A stretch of DNA of 64,000 nt from Escherichia phage vB_EcoS_HdH2, in sequence record NC_048748.1. One strand, 5' to 3'. The notes below the pieces were generated by a model. The model was not told the origin of the DNA. It did no database searches and saw nothing but the letters and a program-made list of their open reading frames with translations. Shown here one piece after another: positions 9,414-18,900 of the stretch (the first letter of the stretch is position 1; each line of letters begins with the position of its first letter). The position numbers were made by a program, and so were the translations under genes.

Positions 9414-10190
9414 ATGAAAATCGAAATTCCAACACAATGTCCCTCTTGTGGTTCTAAGCTAGATCTTGTCAACGGACAATTATTCTGTCGTAATAAGTCC
9501 AACTGTCCAGCGCAATCAAGTAAGTTAATTGAGAACTTCTGTACAAAAATGAAGTTAAAGGGCTTTGGCCCGAAAACTATTGAGAAGCTGGAGCTGACGA
9601 AGATTTCAGAACTATTTTACCTAACCGAAGAAGATTTGGTTAGAGCCGTGGGTAGCAAGGTTGCCGCTAAGTTAATTAGCGAATTAAATACTAAAGTTCG
9701 CGGAGACATTGACTTTGGTTCAGTTCTCGGTTCTTTAGGAATCCCTCTAATTGGAGAGGTTGCAGCAAAGAAATTATCCCAAAATTGCACTAGCTTTCAA
9801 GATGTGAGAGCTGACGGCAAGGCTGGAGAAAACTATAAAGCCTGGCTAAATTCCCCACAAGGCAAGGATGTTATCGAATTACCGTGGAAATTCTCAAATG
9901 GTATTAAGGGTGCTAAAGCTGAGGTCATCACTGATGGTCTAGTAGCCCAACCAAACGGAATAACGGTATGTATTACCGGATCTTTGCAAGATTTTGCAAA
10001 TCGAACGGATGCAACAAACTATTTAGAAGGTCTAGGATATACGGTTAAGAAATCCGTTACTAAAGACGTCAAATACCTAATCTGTGAGGATGAATCGAAG
10101 CGTTCTTCCTCATCTTATAAGAAAGCCGAAACGAATGGGATAGAAATCCTGTCGATTAAAGAACTATTGGAGAAAAATAATAATGTCTAA
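9414..10190 (+). CDS. ligB: NAD-dependent DNA ligase, subunit B (Zn-finger/HhH/BRCT part)
   Basis: Cys4 zinc finger CPSCGSKL...CRNKSNCPAQ typical of LigA C-terminal half; 259 aa. Confidence 0.85.
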   Translation: MKIEIPTQCPSCGSKLDLVNGQLFCRNKSNCPAQSSKLIENFCTKMKLKGFGPKTIEKLELTKISELFYLTEEDLVRAVGSKVAAKLISELNTKVRGDIDFGSVLGSLGIPLIGEVAAKKLSQNCTSFQDVRADGKAGENYKAWLNSPQGKDVIELPWKFSNGIKGAKAEVITDGLVAQPNGITVCITGSLQDFANRTDATNYLEGLGYTVKKSVTKDVKYLICEDESKRSSSSYKKAETNGIEILSIKELLEKNNNV

Positions 10191-10950
10191 ACTGAACTGG
10201 AACGTAGAAGGTGTAACCGAGTCTCTGAAAGCAAAAGCCACTGCTCTGGGTGTTGATGTAATCTCTCAAGAACAAGTAGCTGCTATCGCCGCTGAACTGG
10301 CTGCTGAAACTGGCAAAGACGTTACCGCTCGCTCTGTTGGCTCTAAGCTGCGTAAAGAAGGTTTCGAAGTACAGAAAGCTAACGAAGTACAGAAATCCCC
10401 GTGGACTCCTGAGCAGGAAGCTGAACTGGTTGATTTCCTGAACGCTCATGCTGGTCAGTATACTTATGCTGAAATCGCTGCTGCTGTAGCTGGTGGTCAG
10501 TTCGGTGCTAAACAGGTACAGGGTAAGATCCTGAGTCTGGAAATGACCGCTTCTGTTAAACCAACTGAAAAAGCTGCTGCTGTTCGTTCCTTCACTCCTG
10601 ATGAAGAAACTGATTTTGTTAATCAGGTTGTTGCTGGGGCTACTATTGAAGCTATCGCTGCTCACTTCGGTCGTAATATCAAACAGATCCGTGGTAAAGC
10701 TCTGAGTCTGCTCCGTGAAGGTCGTATCGCTGCTATGCCGGTACAGGAAACTTCAAGTGCTAAAACTCGTGAAGATCTGCTAGAAGGTCTGGATCTGGTT
10801 AACATGACCGTTGCTGAGATCGCTGAGAAAACTGGTAAGTCTGAGCGTGGTGTTAAATCTATGCTGTCTCGTCGTGGTCTGGTTGCTAAGGACTATGATG
10901 GTGCCGCTAAGCGTGCTAAACTGGATGCAAAAGCTGCGGCTGCTGAATAA
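10183..10950 (+). CDS. hypothetical abundant early protein with four tandem ~55-aa HTH-like repeats
   Basis: 255 aa; four modules of pattern (I/V)AxxxGxxxxxxxxKLxxxG; strongly host-optimal codon usage unlike neighbours. Confidence 0.8.
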   Translation: MSKLNWNVEGVTESLKAKATALGVDVISQEQVAAIAAELAAETGKDVTARSVGSKLRKEGFEVQKANEVQKSPWTPEQEAELVDFLNAHAGQYTYAEIAAAVAGGQFGAKQVQGKILSLEMTASVKPTEKAAAVRSFTPDEETDFVNQVVAGATIEAIAAHFGRNIKQIRGKALSLLREGRIAAMPVQETSSAKTREDLLEGLDLVNMTVAEIAEKTGKSERGVKSMLSRRGLVAKDYDGAAKRAKLDAKAAAAE

Positions 10951-10967
10951 TCTGGTAAATTAAACCT

Positions 10968-10999
10968 AAGGGGAGGGGGCTATGCTCCTTCCCCTTTTT
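10968..10999 (+). terminator. intrinsic terminator
   Basis: aaggggaggg / ccttcccctt stem followed by ttttt. Confidence 0.7.
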
Positions 11000-11032
11000 G
11001 CATTTAGAAGGCACGAAAGCGTGCAAAGGAGA

Positions 11033-12505
11033 ATGACCTTGTTTAACGTGCAAGCTGTAGTGTTGAAGATGCTTCTAGCTTCCGAACAGAAGCAAATAGC
11101 ATTGGAAACATTCTCAAAACTGCATAAAGATCATTTTAATGACGCTTTCTCCTCAATTTACCAAGCCGTCCAGAATTATTATAAAAAATATAACACAATG
11201 CCGTCCATTGACGCACTTATGCTTGAAGCTAATAGGAACGCCCGCCTTTCTCAAGCTCTAGTCGTCTTAGCTAACACTCAAATTCCAGAAGTGAGCATGG
11301 AACAGGCACTTGAAGTCCTAGAAGCCGAATATACACAGGATTTATTCCTGAAGCTTCTAGAAACAGACGTGCTTCAAGATTTAACAATGCTGGATCAGGG
11401 AGAAATTCTCAACCGAGTTGCCTCCCTTCACTTAAAATTAGAAGAGAAAGTAACGAATACTGGAAAAGTATTCAACGCAGATAACATGCGTATTTTCCAG
11501 AGAGAAGAAGATACCAAACTGAACTTAATCGCTCTTGGTATTTGTAATGAGTTCGACGCTCAAATCGGTTTAGCTCGCACAGAAACGTTACTGCTTGGTG
11601 GTTGGCGTGGTACTGGTAAATCCATTATCTGTTCAAACATACAGGTTCAGCAATATTTGAATGGGGATATTGCTCCATACTTCTCAATTGAGATGAAAGA
11701 ACATGAAGTATTTAGACGTAATCTAGCCATGTTAGCTGGTGTATCAGCATTAGCAATGCGTAATAATACTCTAGAAGGTGCACCTCTATTGAGATTAGCC
11801 AGAACTAGAGCTAGAATGTTTAATGGGGGTGAAGAGCTTTTCGACAACTTCGTTAAACAGTACACAATGGCTAAGATGAGTGATTTCTACGATATGGAAA
11901 GTAAGCTAATAGAAGGGTATGAGCTACATACTCCTATGATTATTGTTTATGATCCTGAGCTGTCTATTACAACAGTTGACGTAGAATTAAATAAATTAGT
12001 TGCTAGATATGGGGATAAAGTTACAGTAGCTTTATTGGACTATATTAACCAAACCCGACTTCCAGATTCTAAAACCATTGATATGTATGACTGGAAAGAA
12101 CAGATGGTTGTTAGCTCGTCTTTCAAATCTATCTGTCAGAAACATAACGTGGCTGGTGTAGCTCCTTACCAGATCGATCAAGATGGTAGAACACGTATGT
12201 CAAAAGGGATTCTTGATTCCGCAGACATGGCTGCTAATCTTAATGCTGCAAAAGCTGATAATGGTCAAGGTGCTATTATGTTTGACTTCGTTAAGACCCG
12301 TTCTTCTGATAGCGTGAAGTTTATGCCTAAAATGAACTGGGAAACCCTGCGGATGGATAACACTACCAACCTAGCAATGGAAGATATATCTCAAATGGAA
12401 GCTGAGTTCGTTATCCCTATTGAGAAGGATAAGCCAGCTCAATCTAAACGTGCTAAGAAAGACAAAGCTGAAAATTCAACAGGTGAACAGGCCAGCGATA
12501 TATGA
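11033..12505 (+). CDS. DnaB-like (RecA-fold) replicative helicase; start uncertain
   Basis: Walker A LLLGGWRGTGKS about 190 aa from N-terminus; ORF-track start 10982 lies inside the upstream terminator hairpin, so ATG 11033 (after AAGGAG) is preferred. Confidence 0.6.
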   Translation: MTLFNVQAVVLKMLLASEQKQIALETFSKLHKDHFNDAFSSIYQAVQNYYKKYNTMPSIDALMLEANRNARLSQALVVLANTQIPEVSMEQALEVLEAEYTQDLFLKLLETDVLQDLTMLDQGEILNRVASLHLKLEEKVTNTGKVFNADNMRIFQREEDTKLNLIALGICNEFDAQIGLARTETLLLGGWRGTGKSIICSNIQVQQYLNGDIAPYFSIEMKEHEVFRRNLAMLAGVSALAMRNNTLEGAPLLRLARTRARMFNGGEELFDNFVKQYTMAKMSDFYDMESKLIEGYELHTPMIIVYDPELSITTVDVELNKLVARYGDKVTVALLDYINQTRLPDSKTIDMYDWKEQMVVSSSFKSICQKHNVAGVAPYQIDQDGRTRMSKGILDSADMAANLNAAKADNGQGAIMFDFVKTRSSDSVKFMPKMNWETLRMDNTTNLAMEDISQMEAEFVIPIEKDKPAQSKRAKKDKAENSTGEQASDI

Positions 12506-13035
12506 TAACACAGGAACGACTAAAAGAACTGTTTGACTACTCCCCAGAGACTGGGGAGTTTATTAGAAAAGTATCTAGAGGCAGCCAGAAAGCCGGGAGT
12601 ATAGTAACTAGAAAGGATTCAAACGGTTATATAATTATCGGTATAGATGGTAGGGATTATAAAGCCCATCGTATGGCCTTCCTATTTATGGAAAACACGT
12701 TACCTGAAAAAGTAGACCATGTAAATAGAATACCCTTTGATAACCGATGGTGTAATCTAAGAGACGCCACAGCCCAGGAAAATAGTAGAAATAAAACCGC
12801 ATGTAGTAAGTCTGGATATTTGGGAGTTGCTTGGGATATAGAAAAACAAAGATGGAGAGTTCAAGTAAGAGACTCTAATAGCACTCTTAAAAATGGTGGC
12901 AGATTTAAGTATGAAGAGCTAGAGCTAGCTGTAAATTCAGCAAATATATTAAGGGCTAAGTTACATGGAGAACGTGCTGTTATAGAAATTTTTGATACAT
13001 CTAATTATCCTTCGCTGGAGGAGTTAAATTCATGA
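12502..13035 (+). CDS. free-standing HNH homing endonuclease with AP2-like DNA-binding domain
   Basis: HNH motif AHRMAFLF...DHVNRIPFDNRWCNLRDAT; AP2-like YLGVAWDIEKQRWRVQVR; ATGA overlaps at both ends. Confidence 0.8.
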   Translation: MITQERLKELFDYSPETGEFIRKVSRGSQKAGSIVTRKDSNGYIIIGIDGRDYKAHRMAFLFMENTLPEKVDHVNRIPFDNRWCNLRDATAQENSRNKTACSKSGYLGVAWDIEKQRWRVQVRDSNSTLKNGGRFKYEELELAVNSANILRAKLHGERAVIEIFDTSNYPSLEELNS

Positions 13036-13922
13036 GTAGAATAACAGAGTTACTTGATCTAAAAGGAATTGAGTACAAGGATACAGGCGGGGATATTCTT
13101 ATATGCTGTCTCAATCCAGATCATGACGATAAACACCCGAGTTTGCGTATTGACCCTGAAACAGGTATTATGCACTGCTTGAGTTGTGGCTTCGGTAAAG
13201 GTATACCGAGCATTTACCATTATTTTAATGAGACTCAGTACAGACAGTCCCCAAGGCTATCGCAAGTACGTAAAAAGATTTCAGAGATTAGGAATGGATC
13301 AACGAATCTTGCAATTCCTGAATCTGCTTACCTTTTCGAAGGTGATTTCCGAGGTATAAGTTCTAAGACCTTGAAGAAATATTTTGCTTTCCAACATCAA
13401 GCAGACTGGGAAGGCAGAATTGTATTCCCAATCACAGATGCTGTTGGACGCAATATCCTATTTTTGGGTCGTTCTATAAACAGTTCTGCCCCTCCTAAAT
13501 ACTTAGTAAAACCAAAACAAGTTTCACCACCAATTTTTCCTGTACGATATAATACTCCAGTTCTTATTCTAGTTGAAGGCATCTTTGATATGCTGAACCT
13601 AGAGGATAATGGTATAGACTATGCTTCTTGCTGCTTTGGTACACATCAGTTTACTTCGGATAACATTGCAGATAAGTTCAGTCCTTACATTATTGCCGGT
13701 GTAAAAGTTGTTGTTATCTTACTAGATAATGATGCTTCTGGTAATAAAGCTGCACAAGCACTGGCCAAGCTAATTCGTACAAAAACGCGTTTAACACCTG
13801 TAGTTGCTAACTTTCTTCTGCCTGAAGGTAAGGACCCTGGTGACTTAAATAAAGAAGAGATTGATATGTTAGCAAAACGTATTGAAATTTTAGTTGCTGA
13901 ATCGCTTAAAGATTTGGTATAA
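13032..13922 (+). CDS. DNA primase (zinc-finger plus Toprim)
   Basis: Zinc finger CCLNPDHDDKHPS...HCLSCG; Toprim-like LVEGIFD and LLDNDASG. Confidence 0.75.
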   Translation: MSRITELLDLKGIEYKDTGGDILICCLNPDHDDKHPSLRIDPETGIMHCLSCGFGKGIPSIYHYFNETQYRQSPRLSQVRKKISEIRNGSTNLAIPESAYLFEGDFRGISSKTLKKYFAFQHQADWEGRIVFPITDAVGRNILFLGRSINSSAPPKYLVKPKQVSPPIFPVRYNTPVLILVEGIFDMLNLEDNGIDYASCCFGTHQFTSDNIADKFSPYIIAGVKVVVILLDNDASGNKAAQALAKLIRTKTRLTPVVANFLLPEGKDPGDLNKEEIDMLAKRIEILVAESLKDLV

Positions 13923-13984
13923 TATATTGGTAAGTTAGAGAAGAAACACTGAAGTTATACTTACTTACCAAGAGGAGATTAAAT

Positions 13985-16552
13985 TTGAAAATCGCAGTAG
14001 TTGATAAAGCTCTAAATAATACTCGTTATGATAAACATTTCCAGCTATACGGCGAGGAAGTTGATGTATTCCATATGTGTAACGAGAAGTTATCTGGTCG
14101 TTTGCTTAAAAAGCACATTACTATTGGAACACCAGAAAACCCATTTGATCCGAATGATTATGATTTTGTTATACTAGTAGGTGCTGAACCTTTCCTGTAC
14201 TTTGCAGGTAAGAAAGGTATTGGTGATTATACCGGTAAACGTGTAGAGTATAATGGATATGCTAACTGGATTGCGAGTATCAGCCCAGCCCAGTTACACT
14301 TTAAACCTGAAATGAAACCAGTTTTTGATGCAACAGTAGAGAATATCCACGATATTATCAATGGTCGTGAGAAGATTGCAAAAGCTGGTGATTACCGTCC
14401 TATTACTGACCCTGATGAGGCAGAAGAATATATCAAGATGGTGTATAATATGGTTATCGGACCTGTCGCATTCGACTCCGAAACCTCAGCACTATACTGT
14501 CGAGATGGTTATCTGCTTGGTGTTTCTATGTCTCACCAAGAGTATCAGGGTGTATATATCGATTCTGATTGTCTCACAGAGGTTGCAGTATATTATCTCC
14601 AGAAAATTCTAGATAGTGAAAACCACACTATTGTTTTTCACAACTTGAAGTTTGATATGCACTTTTATAAGTACCATCTGGGACTTACTTTTGATAAAGC
14701 ACATAAAGAACGCAGGCTCCATGATACCATGTTGCAGCACTATGTTCTAGATGAACGTCGTGGTACTCATGGCTTGAAATCTCTAGCAATGAAGTATACC
14801 GATATGGGTGACTACGACTTCGAACTAGATAAGTTCAAAGATGATTACTGCAAAGCACATAAAATCAAGAAAGAAGATTTCACCTATGATTTAATTCCAT
14901 TTGATATTATGTGGCCGTATGCTGCGAAAGATACAGATGCTACCCTACGTTTACACAACTTCTTTTTACCAAAAATTGAGAAGAATGAAAAACTTTGCAG
15001 TCTGTATTACGATGTTCTAATGCCTGGTTGTGTATTCCTACAGCGTGTCGAAGATCGTGGAGTACCTATATCTATTGATCGTTTGAAAGAAGCTCAGTAT
15101 CAGTTAACTCATAACCTGAATAAAGCCCGTGAGAAACTGTATACTTATCCAGAAGTTAAACAGCTAGAACAAGATCAGAATGAAGCATTTAACCCGAATT
15201 CTGTTAAGCAACTTCGTGTTCTTCTGTTCGATTATGTTGGTTTGACTCCAACTGGTAAGTTAACGGATACTGGTGCAGATTCTACAAACGCAGAAGCTCT
15301 GAATGAACTGGCTACGCAGCATCCGATTGCTAAAACTCTTCTAGAGATTCGTAAACTGACTAAGCTGATCTCTACTTATGTTGAGAAGATTCTACTGAGT
15401 ATTGATGCAGATGGTTGCATTCGTACTGGTTTCCATGAACATATGACTACTTCTGGTCGTCTAAGTTCTTCTGGTAAACTGAACCTGCAACAGTTACCTC
15501 GTGATGAATCTATCATTAAGGGTTGTGTAGTTGCACCACCTGGATACCGTGTAATCGCATGGGACTTAACAACTGCGGAAGTTTATTATGCTGCTGTTCT
15601 ATCTGGTGATAGAAATATGCAACAAGTATTTATCAACATGAGAAATGAACCTGATAAATACCCTGACTTCCACTCTAACATCGCCCACATGGTATTTAAA
15701 TTGCAATGTGAACCCCGTGATGTTAAAAAGTTGTTCCCAGCTCTGCGTCAGGCTGCTAAGGCAATTACCTTCGGTATTCTGTATGGCTCTGGCCCGGCTA
15801 AAGTAGCTCATTCTGTTAATGAAGCTCTTCTGGAACAGGCTGCTAAGACAGGAGAACCGTTTGTTGAATGTACTGTTGCGGATGCGAAGGACTATATCGA
15901 AACTTACTTCGGTCAGTTCCCACAGCTTAAGCGTTGGATTGATAAGTGCCACGATCAAATCAAGAATCATGGGTTTATCTATAGTCACTTTGGTCGTAAA
16001 CGTCGTCTGCATAATATCCATTCCGAAGACCGTGGCGTTCAGGGTGAAGAAATTCGTTCTGGATTTAACGCAATCATTCAGTCTGCTTCTTCTGATAGTC
16101 TCCTTTTAGGTGCTGTAGATGCAGATAATGAAATCATTTCTCTTGGTTTAGAACAAGAGATGAAGATTGTTATGCTGGTTCATGACTCCGTAGTTGCTAT
16201 TGTTCGTGAGGATTTGATCGACCAATACAATGAAATCCTGATTCGTAATATTCAGAAAGACCGTGGTATCAGTATTCCTGGCTGTCCGATTGGTATTGAT
16301 TCAGATTCTGAAGCTGGAGGTTCTCGTGACTATTCTTGTGGTAAGATGAAGAAACAGCACCCATCAATCGCTTGTATTGATGATGATGAATATACTCGTT
16401 ATGTCAAGGGTGTATTACTTGATGCAGATTTCGAGTATAAGAAATTAGCTGCAATGGATAAAGAGCATCCAGACCACAGCAAGTACAAGGATGATAAGTT
16501 TATTGCTGTATGCAAAGATCTGGATAACGTGAAAAGGATTCTCGGTGCTTAA
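13985..16552 (+). CDS. DNA polymerase, family A, with 3'-5' exonuclease domain
   Basis: 855 aa; exo motif VAFDSETSAL; motif B RQAAKAITFGILYG; motif C LVHDS; TTG start 8 nt after GAGGAG. Confidence 0.95.
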   Translation: MKIAVVDKALNNTRYDKHFQLYGEEVDVFHMCNEKLSGRLLKKHITIGTPENPFDPNDYDFVILVGAEPFLYFAGKKGIGDYTGKRVEYNGYANWIASISPAQLHFKPEMKPVFDATVENIHDIINGREKIAKAGDYRPITDPDEAEEYIKMVYNMVIGPVAFDSETSALYCRDGYLLGVSMSHQEYQGVYIDSDCLTEVAVYYLQKILDSENHTIVFHNLKFDMHFYKYHLGLTFDKAHKERRLHDTMLQHYVLDERRGTHGLKSLAMKYTDMGDYDFELDKFKDDYCKAHKIKKEDFTYDLIPFDIMWPYAAKDTDATLRLHNFFLPKIEKNEKLCSLYYDVLMPGCVFLQRVEDRGVPISIDRLKEAQYQLTHNLNKAREKLYTYPEVKQLEQDQNEAFNPNSVKQLRVLLFDYVGLTPTGKLTDTGADSTNAEALNELATQHPIAKTLLEIRKLTKLISTYVEKILLSIDADGCIRTGFHEHMTTSGRLSSSGKLNLQQLPRDESIIKGCVVAPPGYRVIAWDLTTAEVYYAAVLSGDRNMQQVFINMRNEPDKYPDFHSNIAHMVFKLQCEPRDVKKLFPALRQAAKAITFGILYGSGPAKVAHSVNEALLEQAAKTGEPFVECTVADAKDYIETYFGQFPQLKRWIDKCHDQIKNHGFIYSHFGRKRRLHNIHSEDRGVQGEEIRSGFNAIIQSASSDSLLLGAVDADNEIISLGLEQEMKIVMLVHDSVVAIVREDLIDQYNEILIRNIQKDRGISIPGCPIGIDSDSEAGGSRDYSCGKMKKQHPSIACIDDDEYTRYVKGVLLDADFEYKKLAAMDKEHPDHSKYKDDKFIAVCKDLDNVKRILGA

Positions 16553-17042
16553 TTTCAAATTGCCCGTCTATGCGTTACGGGCGTTTGTATCAATTGAGCA
16601 AGAAGGTGATTATTCCGTAATTACAACAAGATATAATAAATATGTGCTAGATAACAGGAAGTTGCCTGGCACGTTTTCTCAACGTAGGCTTATTCTATTT
16701 GAGAAACGGAAAGAATTACCATACAAGCTCTATCCTATTAGGGGTAGAATATCAATGTTGTCTCAATTAGTTGGGTCAAAGCGTAACCAATTTATAGATT
16801 CTGATGGAAATCTTATTAATTGGAAGAAAACTACGTTCTATGATGTTGTCACCTCTAAAGTTTTGCATTCAGCTAGAATTTATAATGGAAAATACCAATG
16901 CTATGTGGCTAAAGTCCCTTATCCGTTTGTATTATCCTATGTTCCAGCTTATATAAGCTATATTCTGGTAAATAATAGCCCTGTTATTTATCAAGTCCAT
17001 CAAGAGGAGCCTGAAATTCCTAGACTTAGAATAAAATTATGA
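16545..17042 (+). CDS. hypothetical protein (start uncertain, GTG)
   Basis: 165-aa ORF between polymerase and helicase; no in-frame ATG near the 5' end. Confidence 0.4.
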   Translation: MLNFKLPVYALRAFVSIEQEGDYSVITTRYNKYVLDNRKLPGTFSQRRLILFEKRKELPYKLYPIRGRISMLSQLVGSKRNQFIDSDGNLINWKKTTFYDVVTSKVLHSARIYNGKYQCYVAKVPYPFVLSYVPAYISYILVNNSPVIYQVHQEEPEIPRLRIKL

Positions 17043-18391
17043 AGGTTGTTATATCTAATAAAGCCTATTTCAAGCCCGATGATGAACTTTGGGATTATTG
17101 TAGTAAGCAAACCACTTATCACATAGAGACAATGACTAGTAAATACCCTATTATGTATAAGAATAGTGGTGTTGTTGCCAAAGAGATTAAGTGGATTCCT
17201 ATTACGCGTCTGGACTTACTAGATGCTAAAGGAGTAAAATACGAATTAGTCGATAAACGCACATTAGCTCCGGTAGATATACCAAAACCTAAGTTCAAAC
17301 TGCGTGAAGAAGATCAGCTTCCAATATACGAAGAATGCGATGATACTTGTATTATTAATGGTAAGCCTGGATTTGGTAAAACTATCCTAGCCCTTGCACT
17401 TGCGTATAAATTTGGCCAGAAAACTCTGGTAATTTGTACGAATACATCCATTCGTGAAATGTGGGCGGCAGAAGTTCGTAAATGGTTTGGGTTTGAACCA
17501 GGCATCATAGGTTCTGGGAAATACAATATCGATCCACCAATTGTAGTCAGTAATATTCAAACAGTGAATAAACATGCGAATAATCTTTCTAAAGTATTCG
17601 GTACTGTTATAGTTGATGAAGTTCACCATTGTGTGGCTACAACTTTCACTAACTTCCTAGAAATATCATGTGCTCGCTATAAAATTGGACTATCCGGTAC
17701 ACTAAAACGAAAAGATGGTTTGCAAGTTATGTTCAAAGATTTCTTTGGGTATAAAATCTTTAGTCCTCCAGTTAATAATACTGTTGCTCCTACAATCCAC
17801 AGGTACTCAGTACCAGTTGAATTGTCTGGAAACCAAAACGTACCGTGGGCATTACGTGCTAACGATGTGTATAATCATCCTGAATATCGAGAGACTATTA
17901 TAAACCTAGCACATTTATATGTGAATATGGGACATAAAGTACTCATTGTAAGTGATAGAACAGAGTTAATCCAAACAGTACTAGAAGCACTATCTCAGAG
18001 AGGAATCACAACCTATGAAATTATAGGAGCAACCCACTTAGATGACCGATTAAAAATTCAGGAAGATATAGCAAAAGGTGGGCCTTGTGTACTTGCAGCA
18101 GCTCAAAGTATCTTCTCTGAAGGTATTTCCCTTAATGAGCTGTCTTGTTTAATAATGGGAAGCCTCATTAATAATGAATCTCTCATTGAACAGCTTGCAG
18201 GCCGTGTTCAACGTATTGTCGAGGGCAAACTCGACCCTATTGTTGTAGATCTAATTATGAAAGGTGGTACTGGTCTAAGACAGGCTTCTGGACGTATGGC
18301 AGTATATCGTAACAACGGGTGGAAAACTATTACCATGACTCCTGAGAAAGCAGTTCAATTAGCTAAAATTGCATTTGGCAACAGCTCATAA
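17039..18391 (+). CDS. SF2 DEAH-type helicase (T5 D10-like)
   Basis: 450 aa; Walker A NGKPGFGKT, DEAH box VIVDEVHH; ATGA overlap with upstream ORF. Confidence 0.75.
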   Translation: MKVVISNKAYFKPDDELWDYCSKQTTYHIETMTSKYPIMYKNSGVVAKEIKWIPITRLDLLDAKGVKYELVDKRTLAPVDIPKPKFKLREEDQLPIYEECDDTCIINGKPGFGKTILALALAYKFGQKTLVICTNTSIREMWAAEVRKWFGFEPGIIGSGKYNIDPPIVVSNIQTVNKHANNLSKVFGTVIVDEVHHCVATTFTNFLEISCARYKIGLSGTLKRKDGLQVMFKDFFGYKIFSPPVNNTVAPTIHRYSVPVELSGNQNVPWALRANDVYNHPEYRETIINLAHLYVNMGHKVLIVSDRTELIQTVLEALSQRGITTYEIIGATHLDDRLKIQEDIAKGGPCVLAAAQSIFSEGISLNELSCLIMGSLINNESLIEQLAGRVQRIVEGKLDPIVVDLIMKGGTGLRQASGRMAVYRNNGWKTITMTPEKAVQLAKIAFGNSS

Positions 18392-18403
18392 ATGATGTAT
18401 AAT
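18375..18403 (+). promoter_or_regulatory. sigma70-type early promoter
   Basis: TTGGCA, 17-bp spacer, TATAAT, then ATATACATAAATTTGAGAGAG. Confidence 0.6.
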
Positions 18404-18474
18404 ATATACATAAATTTGAGAGAGAAAGTTTCGGATTGATAAGAAAGTCCGAAGCAGAAAAATAAAAATTTTAG

Positions 18475-18504
18475 TTGCTAAATTCTCTCGAAATCTAGTA
18501 TAAT
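18475..18504 (+). promoter_or_regulatory. sigma70-type early promoter
   Basis: TTGCTA, 18-bp spacer, TATAAT, then ATATATATACATAAATTCGAGGAG. Confidence 0.65.
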
Positions 18505-18615
18505 ATATATATACATAAATTCGAGGAGAAAACAAAAATTAAATTCTTCGATTATGAAAAGCTATACTTACTAGCTAGAGGAAATTCCGACCTAATTATT
18601 AAGCTCTTCAAAAGA

Positions 18616-18900
18616 ATGCTTACAGAGCCTGATGCTCACCAATTATTGGTCGGTTCCTCATTCATTTTAAATGAATCAACAATAGTTAATAATCCAAATA
18701 AATTGTCTAATAGACAACTGGCAGAATATCTAGGAATTTTAAGTCTACGAAATTATGCCGAATACAAGTTTACAAACGATCCTAGTTTGGACATGCAATA
18801 TGTTCCAGTATGGATACCACGTTTAGTAATCGACACTAACCCACTAATCGCAATTAACAAATCGAAATTAATCTTTAAAGAGGAAATAAAATATGGCTAA
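18616..18900 (+). CDS. hypothetical protein (may begin upstream at a non-ATG codon, see findings)
   Basis: 94-aa ORF from ATG 18616 with no SD; frame is open upstream to 18538, which has a strong SD. Confidence 0.5.
   Translation: MLTEPDAHQLLVGSSFILNESTIVNNPNKLSNRQLAEYLGILSLRNYAEYKFTNDPSLDMQYVPVWIPRLVIDTNPLIAINKSKLIFKEEIKYG

Noticed and set aside
10156-10665. 169-aa minus-strand ORF
   Set aside because: Antisense to the codon-optimised 255-aa gene; no start context.
10982-11032. ORF-track start of the 507-aa helicase at 10982
   Set aside because: The first codons lie inside the intrinsic terminator hairpin of the upstream gene; ATG 11033 preceded by AAGGAG is more plausible.
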